A DNA stretch of 64,000 bases. It comes from Hydrolagus colliei. Lineage: Eukaryota. The position numbers and the translations under genes are program-made. Below, one piece after another: positions 26,731-38,959 of the stretch. The notes under the pieces were generated by a model. That model did no database searches and had not been told where the DNA came from. It was given only the letters and a program-made list of their open reading frames with translations. The stretch spans positions 135,842,001-135,906,000 of the forward strand of contig CM068742.1 of the NCBI GenBank assembly GCA_035084275.1, written 5' to 3'. Numbering within the stretch: the stretch's first letter is position 1; every line of letters starts with the position of its first letter.

Positions 26731-27415
26731 TTAGTACTGTGTGTAAGAGGCCAGAGTGGGAGACATCACACACTGCTATTTTAAATTTTAAATCTCCGTT
26801 CATCACACACTGTCTATCAGGAATTAGACAAATTAATGATCCTCCTCACTATTATTAAGTACATCATGTTGATCTATGTAATGCAGCTATCTGATTTGTA
26901 ATTTATTGTTGGATTTTAATTTCTTAAACTAAATCTGAATTCGGAGTCTTAAGTGGACACTCACCCATTACCAATATTTTGGCTGCAGTTGAATTTGCAG
27001 CAGTAGTGCTTTTGCGATTCATTTTCACTACATTAAGTCTTACCGGAGTCTGGGTATCCGGAATTTGTATAATGCTGATCAGGACTGAAATGGAAATTTT
27101 AAAAATGTTTCTTAGGCCCCTGTGTTTGTAGACTCTCACTGGCTCAACTCTCCTAGCCCGCATCCCTGCATCACCATTCCATTGGCCTTCAGAGGCTAGG
27201 GATATCGACTTACACTGATAAAACAAAATTTATTCACTGTGCTACTTATTCACTACCTTCTACTCACAGGATTCATCTTATCCCACCCCTGCAGATGTTT
27301 TTGGTAAATATTATGAGTGGATTCAAAGTAAATTAGATCAGCTTGATGGCGGAAATGATGCAACTATAAGAGGAAAACAATTTGGAAATGGATCTAAACA
27401 TTTTTAAATTCTTAG

Positions 27416-27581
27416 GTACACTACGCTCAGATCGCTTACACCCACCAGGTGATTTTACCATGCACGATCTTTTGTTGCTTCTACCTATTGTCGATCCACT
27501 TCTGGTGGTCCAGGTGACAGCTCAACAGTTATTGGAAGCTTTAGAAAATGGAGTCAGCATGTATCCAGAACCTGATGGAAG
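27416..27581 (+). CDS. NT5EL: Nt5el-like 5'-nucleotidase exon 5
   Basis: Acceptor ttcttag|; (G)TLRSDRLHPPGDFTMHDLLLLLPIVDPLLVVQVTAQQLLEALENGVSMYPEPDG(R); donor AG|gtaaca. Confidence 0.92.
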
Positions 27582-27931
27582 GTAACATTTATTGAGTCTT
27601 TCCTGTTCTAGATTTAGACAGTTGAAACAGTAATTTTAACAAAATGGTCCAACTAGTAGTTGACCTGAAAATCCCCCATTAGAATAATCCTAAATTTGAT
27701 TCACAGTCTGTGTTGAATCAGCTGTGCTAAGCCTGTTCTATGGGGACACAACAACTGAAGTGAGCGCCCATGTTAGTGTGGAGTGAAATCAGGCAAGGTT
27801 TATAAATATTGCATAAGAACATAAGAATATGGAGCAGAAGTAGGCCATTCGGCCCCTCGAGCCTGCCCCGCCATTTAATAAAATCATGCCTGATCTTCTA
27901 TTCTATCTCCACCTGCCCGCCTTATCCTCAT

Positions 27932-28870
27932 ACAACAACAACAACAAAATTACATTTATAGAGCGCCTAGAACGTCAGGAGGACATCCCAAAGAGCTGAA
28001 CAGTCAGGTCGGGACCCAAGCACGGGAGGAAGGGTCGGGATAGGGGGAAGGGAAAGGAGAGTAGGAGAGGTGGAAGAGTTAGGAGGGGAGCAGAAGGCAC
28101 GGACAAAGAGGCAGGTCTTGAGACCGGCCTTGAAAGAGGAAAGAGGAAGTGAGGCAAAGGGATTGCGGGATGGAGTTCCACAGTTTGGGAGCAGAGAGGC
28201 TGAAAGCTCGGCCACCGATGGTTGGGCGGTGGATGCGGAGCAGGCCAGAGCCTGCTGAGCAGAGGGGACGGGCAGGCTGATAGGGAGACAGCAGGTCGGA
28301 GAGATAGGAGGGGGCAAGGCCGTGAACGGCCTTGAAGGTGAGGACAAGGATCTTGAATTCGATCCTCTGGGGGATGGGGAGCCAGTGGAGACGGGCGTGG
28401 GTGGGAATGATGTGGTCGTGGAGCCTGGTGCGGAAGAGTACACGAGCTGCAGAGTTCTGAATGATCTGCAGGCTGTGAAGGGAGGAGCTAGGAAGGTCGA
28501 CGAGGAGAGAGTTCCCGTAATCCAACCTGGAAGTGATAAAGGGGTGGATAAGAATTTCGGCGAAATGGGGAGTGAGGTAGTGGCGGAGTCTGGCAATATT
28601 GTGGAGGTGGTGGAAGGCTGTACCAGTCATGGAGCGGATATAAGGGAGGAAGGACAGTTCGGGGTCAAACAAGACTCCCAGATTCCTGACTGGCTTTGAG
28701 AGGTGGAGAGAGCAGCCTTGGATACTGATGTTGTCAGCTCCTGAGGTGTGGAGGCGCTGACGCGAGCCAATCAGGAGGGCCTCCATCTTGTTGACATTGA
28801 GCTGGAGGAAATTGGCCCTCGTCCAGGATTCAATGTCGGACAGACACGCAGTCAGAACGCCAGTAGTCCT
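27932..28870 (-). mobile_element. 5'-truncated L2 LINE (post-RT region and 3' tail)
   Basis: VRNLGVLFD...SRLDYGNSLL...LHWLPIPQRIEFKIL...GGRAFS; (TTG)n tail. Confidence 0.93.
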
Positions 28871-30061
28871 GGAGTCTTACCTAAGACACATACCGGGCAC
28901 CTGCATGTGTGGTCACAGGTAAGGACAGTACTGAGCTCAGGTAAAGTGGTCCCATAAATAGCCTGTTATCACATGAATTGTCATATGGGTAAGCGCCCCA
29001 GGTATGTGAGAGAGAAATAAGCCATGGTTCCTACACACAATTCTTATCTAGCAGTTTTTGTCTATTGTGATTGCTCATTGAAAGTTTTCGGTCATTCTTA
29101 AGCTGCTGTTAAAGCTTACCAAGTACTGTAATAGGTTGTATAACCTAACCTTAAGGCTAACTGCCATTTGGTTGTAAATTGAAAGAAATTATTCTAATCT
29201 TAACTAAATCTTTAAGGGGGGAATTCTGGTTGTGTTAAATTTGTGTATTTAGGAACACCTGTGCTGTATACACACTCCGAAGATTGTCCAGCACCTTGGG
29301 ATGTCTTCCCGACATGAAAGGCATTATACAAATAAAATGTTGTTGTTGTTATTGTGTATGTAAGCTTTATTCATAATAAAGAAATGAATAACTACATCTA
29401 CAATATAATTGCATGCCTGCCTCTGTCTCATTCTTTGTTTGAGGCATTTTGTTGACTGGGAGAATTGAATTCCATCATCTTCCTTGTAACTATCACTGAC
29501 TTCTGTACCTTTTCTCTCTAACCTCTTTCTTCCCCTGTGTATATTTTGTTCCCACTTGAAGTTGATGACAAATCTGCCTTCTTTGCCTCCTGAGTAGTTA
29601 TTCCATATATTCAATTTCTCTCTGTATTTAAATAATTAAAACTGAACTATATGTTCACTTTCCCTCTTTTGAACCCTTGTGTATTTTAAACCCTTTGTAT
29701 TTGACCAATAGGCTATTGGAGTTCACTTTATCTAACTTTTAGGATCTTGAGTATTTGAATAATATTTCCCCTGAGATGTTTCTTTATCCATTCCTAGCCT
29801 CTGTAGCCTCTAATTATATCCCAGGAAATTATATCTTGTGAGATATTTCTGTTAATTGAAACTTTTTTTGGCAAGGCATGAAAAAAACGTATCATGAAAA
29901 GCTTTTGATGTCAGTATTGGAGGAGGTTATTCTGCTCATTTTAGTTTGCTAAATATAACCAATTTATCAATTTTTTTATGTTTGGTGTGTTTCTCTTCAC
30001 ATTTATAAATCACTGATAGAATATTTACAATTGAAATTTTTATTAATTATTTATAAACATA

Positions 30062-30550
30062 GACAACAACAACAACTTTGATTTATATAGCGCTCTCCAC
30101 GCCGGACAGTGTCTCAGAGCGCTTCACAATAACGGAACCCGGTCCCGAGCCAGTGGGACGGGGAAAAGGGTGACCGAAGGCACAGTCGAAAAGAAAGATC
30201 TTCAGCTGAGACCTGAAACTAAGAAGAGAGGGGGCCAGGTGAAGGGAGTGAGGAAGGGAGTTCCAGAGCTTCGGGGTAGTGGCTGAAGGCACGGCCGCCG
30301 ATAGTGGAGCGGAGGATTCGGGGGACAACGAGGAGATCAGAACTGGAGGAGCGAAGGCAGTGTTGGGGAGAGAGGAGGTCAGAGAGGTAGGGGGGTGCAG
30401 AAGAGTGGAGAGATTTGAAAACAAGGGTGAGGATCTTGAAATCGATCGTCTCCGGGACAGAGAGCCAGTGAAGTCTGGCAAGGATTGGGGTAATCGGGGA
30501 GCAAAGATTGGTGCAGGTGAGAACGTGGGCGGCAGAGTTCTGAATGAGCT
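30062..30550 (-). mobile_element. L2 3' fragment of a different subfamily
   Basis: IQNSAAHVL...LHWLSVPETIDFKIL; tail stem differs (agcgctctgagacactgtccggcgtggagagcgct). Confidence 0.85.
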
Positions 30551-32046
30551 GGATAGACAAATAAACTAAACATAGCAAGCGATGCAGTTTTGTCGAGTAC
30601 ACATTGACCTCTTATGTAAATTATCAAATGAATAGAATAAACCCCATTGCAATTGATATAACTGTTTACCATCATTTTTTGTATGTTCCATTCATTATCT
30701 GATTATCTGTATTTAATGAGAATATGAGATGGAGACCTACATTAATACAGTGTGCTTATTAACCTGAGAAAACACATGGTCATCGCTATTTCCAAAAGCT
30801 ATTTGAAATCTGTACTAATTTTTTTTTAAATTTGGCACACTAAGTATTCTTAGGTGTTACAAAGCTATTCAATCAGTCCATCATATTGTGCTGAATGGTA
30901 GTGCTGAATTGCTGCATTTCATTCACTCTGTCCATTCTGCGAACTTTGTAGATGTACGTAGAAAATATTCCTTCAAAATTCATGTCGTTTTTCTTACCAT
31001 AATTTTTACATCCTCATTCATTCTGCATAGCAATGTATAATAATAATAATAAATCATTCATTGTGGACTCAAATAACTGGTTTAGCCATCTAATAGTATT
31101 TTTCCGTGCCAATTTGGTTGTGTTTTGTGGATTCTAATAAACCATTTTATTGATTAGAATTTAAGCATTATGTAGGCAAATCAGCAAGCTGAAATATTGA
31201 GGCAATAAACTACTTTATTTAATACAGGGGAACCTGCATTACAACACCCTTCAATATACACTGCCCTTTGCCTGTATGTGTCTCTCTTGCATCTACACAT
31301 CCATACACATTGAATAAATTTAATTTATAACATGCTTTTACCTTGATATTGTTTCAAACTTATATCATTTTCTTCAAATATCGAATCTAATATTAGTGAT
31401 GTCAATTTCATATGTACACACCATTGTTCTAGTCTGTTAACAATAGTTTGTTTATATTCATATAGATTTGACTGGAACAATCTCATGTTATAGCTATGAC
31501 TATGTATCTTTCATAAGCAGGGGAACTGGGGTCTTCTCGAACTGAATTGACTCCCAAGGTGACATGTTTGGCAATAATACTGTTCAATGATACTGTCCAC
31601 CAGCTTTTCTACTGCTTGTCGAGCTAGGACCACCCTATCAGGGCTTTAGCTTGAAGCCAAGGCTTGGGGACCACAGATTGTGTATTGAGGTTTGCTATGT
31701 GGTTTTAGCTGACTAGATTCTAACAAATCTCCAAGAAGGTCCCCAAGAATTGGCTTTTGACAGTCTCCCCTTAATACTGTAAGGAATTAGATAAACAGGA
31801 TACTTCCCTCCAGAGAGAGAGAGCACATTACATTCCAATACATGGGAATTTCCATGTGTAGGTAGGATGCAAGCAATTCTGGTTGGTTTGGATATACTTA
31901 AGCATGGTGATGGATTACACGTGTGTCAGAAACTCAGCTAATCGAAATAAAACATTTTGTATTAAAATATATGAATTAAAAAAAAATAGTTTATTACAAT
32001 ATCCATTTGAATGTTTAAAAGTGAATTCTGTTTGCAACTTTTAAAG

Positions 32047-32194
32047 GTTTCCTCAGGTGGCAGGGTTAGAGTTTGGATTTGACCCAAGTGCACAACCAGG
32101 CCATAGGATTGTTGCAGACTCGGTGAAGATACAGGGACAGTACCCAGACTCCAATAGAATCTACTTACTTGCAATTAAAGAATATCTAGCAAAA
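32047..32194 (+). CDS. NT5EL: Nt5el-like 5'-nucleotidase exon 6
   Basis: Acceptor ttttaaag|; (R)FPQVAGLEFGFDPSAQPGHRIVADSVKIQGQYPDSNRIYLLAIKEYLAK; donor AAA|gtaagc. Confidence 0.92.
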
Positions 32195-32429
32195 GTAAGC
32201 TGCAATTATATACCATTTATTGTTTTAGAGAAAAGTCCAATTATGGTTTGTGTGCTTAAAAAATATATGATTTTAAGTATGATTTAAACTTTTAAATATT
32301 AATCCATGCTTAGAACTTTAATTGGGTTATAAAGCTATTACACCAAAAAAAATGCAGTACTAAACACAATTAACCCTTTCTGAACTGGCCGTTTATTAAT
32401 CTGCATTGGCCAGCCTAGCACATTTGGTA

Positions 32430-32800
32430 ATTCTTGTTTTCAGTCAGAAGGTTGTGAGCTGAAGCCCCATATCAGGATTTGAGCTCAGAGTTTGGATTGC
32501 CCCTCTAGTGCAGGTGGAAATGTAGTCCTTCATTTGAGACAGTAAACTGGGGACCTGTCTGTCATTCGGGCGGTTATTAAAAATCCAAAGGAGGTATTTA
32601 ACAAAATAAGAATGTAGTTTTTCCTTGTGTTCTTGTCAACAATCCTCTGGAAACAGAGGATTTTTTATGGGATGTAATTGCTGTACTTAAATTGTTTGTA
32701 GTGCACCCTGAGAAAAATAGTCATTTTATTCATAGTCAAGAAAAGTGTAAGGTTTGAGGTGTTCTGATGATGTGATAAAGAGCTTTACTAAATGCAAGGG
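32430..32800 (+). mobile_element. Old DeuSINE (SacSINE1/AmnSINE-like) copy; relatives at ~36270-36430 and ~46500-46750
   Basis: tcagaaggttgtg...ttgagc...ctagtgcag...gtcct...gagac.gtaaactgg Deu-domain-like blocks shared among the three sites. Confidence 0.6.
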
Positions 32801-35800
32801 TGATTATTCATAGTAATTTCCAGTATCCCTCTACTGTAGCCTTTAATATTTAAGATATTTCAAATATTTTCCTAGAAATGGGAGGTGCGAGTACAGTACA
32901 TAGTTTCCAGGTGTCATGTAGCTCAGTAGTTAGAGCACTTGCTTCACCAGCGAGAGACCTGTGTTCGATTCCCAACAGGTCAAAAACTTGGGCAAATGTT
33001 CTTACTCCACACACCTGATAATAATCCCTCAAGAAAAAACAATAATAAATTGGTCACTTCAAACCACAACTGTTTGAGGGACACTATTGTGCGCAATTGG
33101 CCGCCACGTTTCACCTACAAATGTACAGCCAATTCACTTTACAGTATATTCTGGGAAGCACTTTCAGACGTCTAGAATATGCGAAAAGCGCTATATCAAA
33201 TGCAAGGATTATTATCTTTCATGTTTCTTTATGATAGTACTGTATTATGTTTTTGACTTTCTAGTTTGCTGGGATTTTCTGCCAAATCTAATAAGCTTTT
33301 AAAAAATATCAGCTGAGTTTTTTAAAATGTTTGTCACAAATGCAATGGCTTCAAATAAACGTAGTGTTATGTTTCTAATGCCTTTAAATGAGGGTAGATC
33401 AGTAATCAAGATAAGACTATTCAACTACTGTCTTTCTGCTATGGGTAATTCTGCATAATTCTGGACTGTCATTACAATTATTGTGTCTGGATTTCTGCTT
33501 ATTAATTACGCAGTAAAAATCATTAGTAGCATTAACAATACTAACTGTCCCATACATTTGAATTAATTGAATTACTAAAGATTTGGGGGTAATAAACTAG
33601 AAATAAAAAGCTCATGTTCTCAGTTTTGATGTTGCTATGGAGTGCTGATTTATTGTTGCAGAATAGGTTTTAGATATGAAAGGGTCTGATGTTGATGGTA
33701 AGTAAATTTCCGTTTAGTTCACGGAATAATAATACAACAGGTTTTTTAAAGTTATTTGAAGCATTTCTAAACTCAGGAAGTCAAGGGCATTCTAAAATAT
33801 TTTTAGTTTTCAACGTAAATGACAAAGAATGTACAGCACAGAAACAGACCACGTGGTCCAACCAATCCATGCTGTTGTTTATACTCCACATGAATCTTCA
33901 CCCAATCCTTACTTCCTCCCATCCCTTCCATTCCCTTCTCCCTCATGTGAAGGTTTAGCTTCCTCTTGAAAGCATCTATACTATCTGATTCAACCACCAC
34001 TTCAGACAGTGAGTTCTACAATCTTATTTGTGTGAAAGTGTTCCTCCTAAATTCTCTTTTATATCCCCTAATCACCCTATTTTATACTTGTGTCCACTGG
34101 TTACTAACTCCCCATCCAGTGGAAGCAACCAATTTATGTTAATTTTATGAAATTGTTTATAATTTTAAACACTTCTATTCCACCTCTTAAACATATCCTA
34201 TCCAGCCTATCGTGATAACAGTAAACTGCCAGCCCTAAGCACATCCTCATGAACGTGCACCATACTCTTTTACTAGGAATTAATAATTCTATTTTCATTT
34301 TTGTATTTATGACAAGAATATATATTGCATATGATACATTAGCATATTTGAAATATAACAGTCAAGATTAATTTTACAAGATTTAATCCAAAACCTAACT
34401 GGACAGTTATTGGGACGCGCCTGACAGTGCCTTCGGACATCCTCCTGACATGAAAGGCGCTCTATAAATGTAAATTTATATTATAAATGTAATTTTGTTG
34501 TTATTGTTGGACATTAATTGAAATCCTGGGCTATGTGGTTTCACAATTAACTGGTTTCCAACTTCCATCAACCATGTTCAACTGTTGTTAAAGCAACAAC
34601 AACAACAACAAATTACATTTATAGAGCGCCTTTCACGTCGGGAGGACGTCCCAAGGCGCTGAACAAGAGACATGTAGTATCCATGTACTTCAGTTAAAAG
34701 AAAATGTGATGCACACATGAGGTAGAAGGGAATGGATGGGGCATAAGTGAGGGGAAAAGAAGAGGTTATAGCTTATGTGAAATATAAACACTTTTTGGAC
34801 GAGTTGGGCCTAAGGGCCTATTTCTGTTCTGTCTCATTCTTATGTAATCCTGAGAAATCTCAGAGCTGTTGAATCTATAGAAACACTCAGCTTCTGATAA
34901 CGAATGATTCTAACAAGAAACAGTGGGTTATTTCCAGGTTCCCCATTGTTCATATGTAATGTAGAAGAGAACGCAGTGGAGTCCAACAGATGTAGTGGTT
35001 AGTGAGCTTGCCTCGCAAGCAAGAGGACCAAGGTTCAAATTCGGGGGGGCAAAAACCTTAGGCAAATTTCCTTCTCCAAACGCCTTTGCTTACCTTGCAA
35101 TATGTAGGAACCCAGTTGTTAGTTGATTGGCGGATCAATTTCTGGGAATACAAATCACTTTAAAAAAAATTGGGTCTCTCAATCCATACAATTGGCTGCC
35201 GTGTTTCACCCACGAATTAACAGACAATCCACATCACAATATATTCTGAGAAGCACTTTGATACATCTCAACAATGTGATAAGACATGATATTGAATGCA
35301 AGGATTCTTATTACAGTACTTCTTCTGGTGTAGCTTTGCAGCTGGTATCAAGATGTATGGACAAGAATAATATTAGCAATGGAAATAACATTACAGAGAT
35401 CTGGAAGATTCAATTTAACAGTTGGGTGAACAAATGGATTCTAATGTAGATAAATGTCTGGTAATGCATAATTGAAAAGAAACTGTAAACAATAAAGGGA
35501 TGTTGAATAGCAGAGATAGAGAAAAATATTAGACTATGATTGTTTACTTTTCCTTCACTGAAAGCTTCCAGTCAAAATTAATTGAATTTAATGTTAAATC
35601 TTGAAGTCATTTGACAAAGTTGTCATTCCTTGTGAAAAACCTTGATCGGACCACATTTGGAATATTATATGGTGTTATGCACATTATCTGCAAAATGTCA
35701 TTGAAACTATACCTTGTAGAAACAACTATACCTTGTAGGATTCAAACAAGAAAAATTCATCATCCTTCTACACTGTGGGGAGTAGAGAACAGGTTTGGGG

Positions 35801-35945
35801 GGGAAGGGAAGAGCAAACTGCTGACACTGCAATACAATTTGACAATATAAATGAAACATGTTTTGGTTCATAGTTTACATTGTAGTGACGTGATAATCCA
35901 CAGTTTTCTTATTCACAATGAACAAACTCGTTTTTGTTTGTTTAG

Positions 35946-36129
35946 GGCAAGGATGGTTATGTGATGCTCCAGAATTGTCATTGGCTGATTGATACAGAAA
36001 CTGCCCCCAGTCTCTCCAGTGTTGTCATTAACCATTTTGAATCAGTAAAAATTGTTCAGGGGCTGAAGAAATGTAAATCAGGACATCGGATGAGCTTAAT
36101 CAAGATCTCCAAATCTGCATCTGTCACAG
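35946..36129 (+). CDS. NT5EL: Nt5el-like 5'-nucleotidase exon 7
   Basis: Acceptor tgtttag|; GKDGYVMLQNCHWLIDTETAPSLSSVVINHFESVKIVQGLKKCKSGHRMSLIKISKSASVT contains the GxDGY/F motif; donor G|gtatat. Confidence 0.9.
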
Positions 36130-37389
36130 GTATATATTCTCTCTATGTGCTCTGAGTTTTGTTAAATTTTAGTTTGTCAAGTTAAAGTTATTCTGCCTAG
36201 ATTTAATGATGCCATTAATTTAATGATGAACCTTTGATTTACACACATAACCTGTGCAGTGTTTCAGATTGACTCAGTTGAGTCAGACATGGATTTGAGC
36301 CTCACTCAGGGTTTGAGAGCACACAATTTAAAGTAACAAACTAACACATTACTAGGAGGAATACTGCATTATTGGAGGTGTTGTCCTTCCAAAGAGATGT
36401 TAAACTGAAGAGCAATCTATGTGTTTGGTAGACATTAATCACACAAAGCTCCCTGCACTTATTTTATCATAATCCTCACCAACTCTAGATCCGACCTGGT
36501 TAGAAAGTCACTTTTTGATGAATCTTCTGAAGTTGAGGAATTTTATACTTGTTATTTATTATGAATAATATTCCTTCAATTTTAAGGAATTCCTTCACTT
36601 CCTTCAAGTGCCATAATGTCGTAAAGCACTTTACATAATTTTATTGTAAAGTGTAATGACTATGCATTTGCAGGCAAACACAGCTGCTGGTTTGAATACA
36701 GCAATGTCCTACAAACAGCTAAGAAGCAAGTGACCGATTTGATTTGATGTGCGTGTTGGTCTGGACTCCAATCATACCAGAGAGGGTAGGAAGGTGGCTG
36801 AAGGCAGAGTTGAAGAGGACTTGAGGCATGCCTTGAAGGAGTCAAGGGAGGGGAGTGAAGTGATAGGAAGGTGGGGGCAGAAAGGCTGAAACCCCGACCG
36901 CCAATGATGGGTCAGAATGGGCAAGGGACATGGAGCAGGCTGGAGTCTGCTGAGGGGAGGGAGAAGACAGGTTGATACAGGGTTAGCAGGTCAGATATGT
37001 AGGTGGGTGCAAGGCTTTAGAGGGTCTTGACAGTGAGGACAAGGATTTTGAACTCAATGTATTATTTTAGTTAATAATCTGCTATAGGTATATTGGAAGA
37101 GAAAGTCTCACAGAGAGAGATAACGGCACATAGAGAGAAGGACTAGTACAATATGATATTACAGTGACACTATAACTCCTGTTACGAGAATATTTTGGTT
37201 AGCCAATTTCTAATTCAGTGATGACCAATCATCTGCACTGACTGATTCCTTATCTGTAATGCAGATGGGCCTAAATATGGGTGGTCCTATGGATAGTTCT
37301 CTATTGTAGAATGATAATCTGTCTACTTATCGAGTAGAGAAATTTCAGGCTATGTTTTCTTAAGATGATAATTGATTTTTATTAATCAG

Positions 37390-37586
37390 CAGATTTTGAA
37401 CAGAAAACAGATGATACATTTGCAGTTGCTGCTGTCCCTGATGTGGAAGGAAGAATATATCATGTAACTGAGGAAATGAAACAGCATCTCAGTCAACTAC
37501 GATGTGCACGAGAACAAGGCCAAAGAACATTTCCATTGGGTTTATCTAATGCCGACGATTCTCTTGATTGTGATTTAAAGCGATAA
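37390..37586 (+). CDS. NT5EL: Nt5el-like 5'-nucleotidase exon 8 (terminal)
   Basis: NAGNAG acceptor (cag|cag); (A)DFEQKTDDTFAVAAVPDVEGRIYHVTEEMKQHLSQLRCAREQGQRTFPLGLSNADDSLDCDLKR* contains the family C-terminal PxVEGRI motif. The eight exons sum to 1707 nt (568 aa + stop) with all phases consistent. Confidence 0.85.
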
Positions 37587-37790
37587 GCATAATTCTCAAA
37601 GCATTGTATTCTCAATTTGTTCACTTATGTACCAAAATTTAAAATATTCTTTTATATCTCTTGCAAACTAATACGCTTCGTAAATGATCTTTTGTATGTC
37701 AAACTTGCTGAAACATTTTTTAAAACCTAAAGGTTTAAAAAATGTTTGGCAGTTAGTTGTTTTTTCTTCTTTCAGACTTGGCAAAAGTCC

Positions 37791-37796
37791 AATAAA
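37791..37796 (+). promoter_or_regulatory. Candidate polyadenylation signal of the Nt5el-like gene
   Basis: AATAAA ~205 nt after the stop codon, followed by T-rich sequence. Confidence 0.5.
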
Positions 37797-38959
37797 CAAA
37801 TCTTACTTTTTACCATTTCAATTTGTGACAGTTTCTCTCAAGTGTATGGTGCACCTGAAAGCACTGTGCGCTCATTTCTAGGTGTTTAAACTATTGCCTT
37901 CATGCAATGTGGATTCTGGGATAAGTAGTGGGTAAAGTGCCTATGATAACAACATAATGATTGATCACAGCATTATCTGTTCAGAAGGGCTTAGCTGTTT
38001 ACTGTCTCCAGTGTCATCCTGTGCCACTTGTCTATTGTCTAGTTTTTATACACCTGTGCACATTTCAAAAAGGAGGCTCAGATGGAGAAGGCCCTTTGGC
38101 TTATTTGATCTCATCCTTCCAGAATATATATTTTTTAATTATCCCTTTATTTTACCTTAACCACACTTGTAAATTTGCTGCAGTAATTAATTACCCTCTA
38201 GGTAGTTAATACTTTTCGCTACCTGCCTTGAAATTGTCAGTTGCAGTTTCAAACCTGTCCACTTGTTCTGCAGGCTTGGTGTATCTGCTCTCTTGGTGCA
38301 ATGTTTACTTTCTCAATCGCATTTATTATCTTGCATCTCTACAAGTTCTCTTCTGAGATGTCTGTTTCAAGACTGAAGTAAATTAACTTGTCTAATGATT
38401 GCTATATGCAGTACCATGCAGGATTTATATTGAACACTTATCAGCCCATGTGCATTCCTTATCAAGCTCTCTTTGTATGCCCTTTGTTGTCCCCTCTGAT
38501 TCCACAGTTCCTCTTACCTCCCTGCCCTCAACTTGGTGCCATCTGCAAATTTAACTGTCTTCCATGGGGTTTGTGAATCCAGACCATTAATGGAAATGCA
38601 ATGAACAGGTACCCATCACATTTTGACTGAGCAGCTCTAACAACTATTCTTTGCTTTGTTACTTTCAGCCAATTCCAAATCTATGCCCCTGGATTTCCTT
38701 TAATATCTACTGGCATTCCATACGATACTTACAAGTCTAGATGCCTATGTAAAATGGATTCCAAAAATAAATTTAAAATTACACTTTTTTAAAAATACTC
38801 GGTTAGTCAGACAAGATGTACCCTTAGCAAAACATGGTGACTTTGTTTCTAATAGTTTAGTGAACATTCTTGGTTGATTGGAAAACTATCTTAGCAAAAC
38901 AAAGCAGTTTTCATCGTTCAATAAATAGAAAATGAGAAGCAGCATTGACAAGCAGGAGT

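Noticed and set aside
13408-37586. Calling the gene NT5E/CD73, or a horizontally acquired bacterial UshA/YfkN
   Set aside because: It lacks the signal peptide, GPI signal and CD73 motif residues, and has seven canonical GT-AG introns in a vertebrate gene neighbourhood, so neither label is supported.
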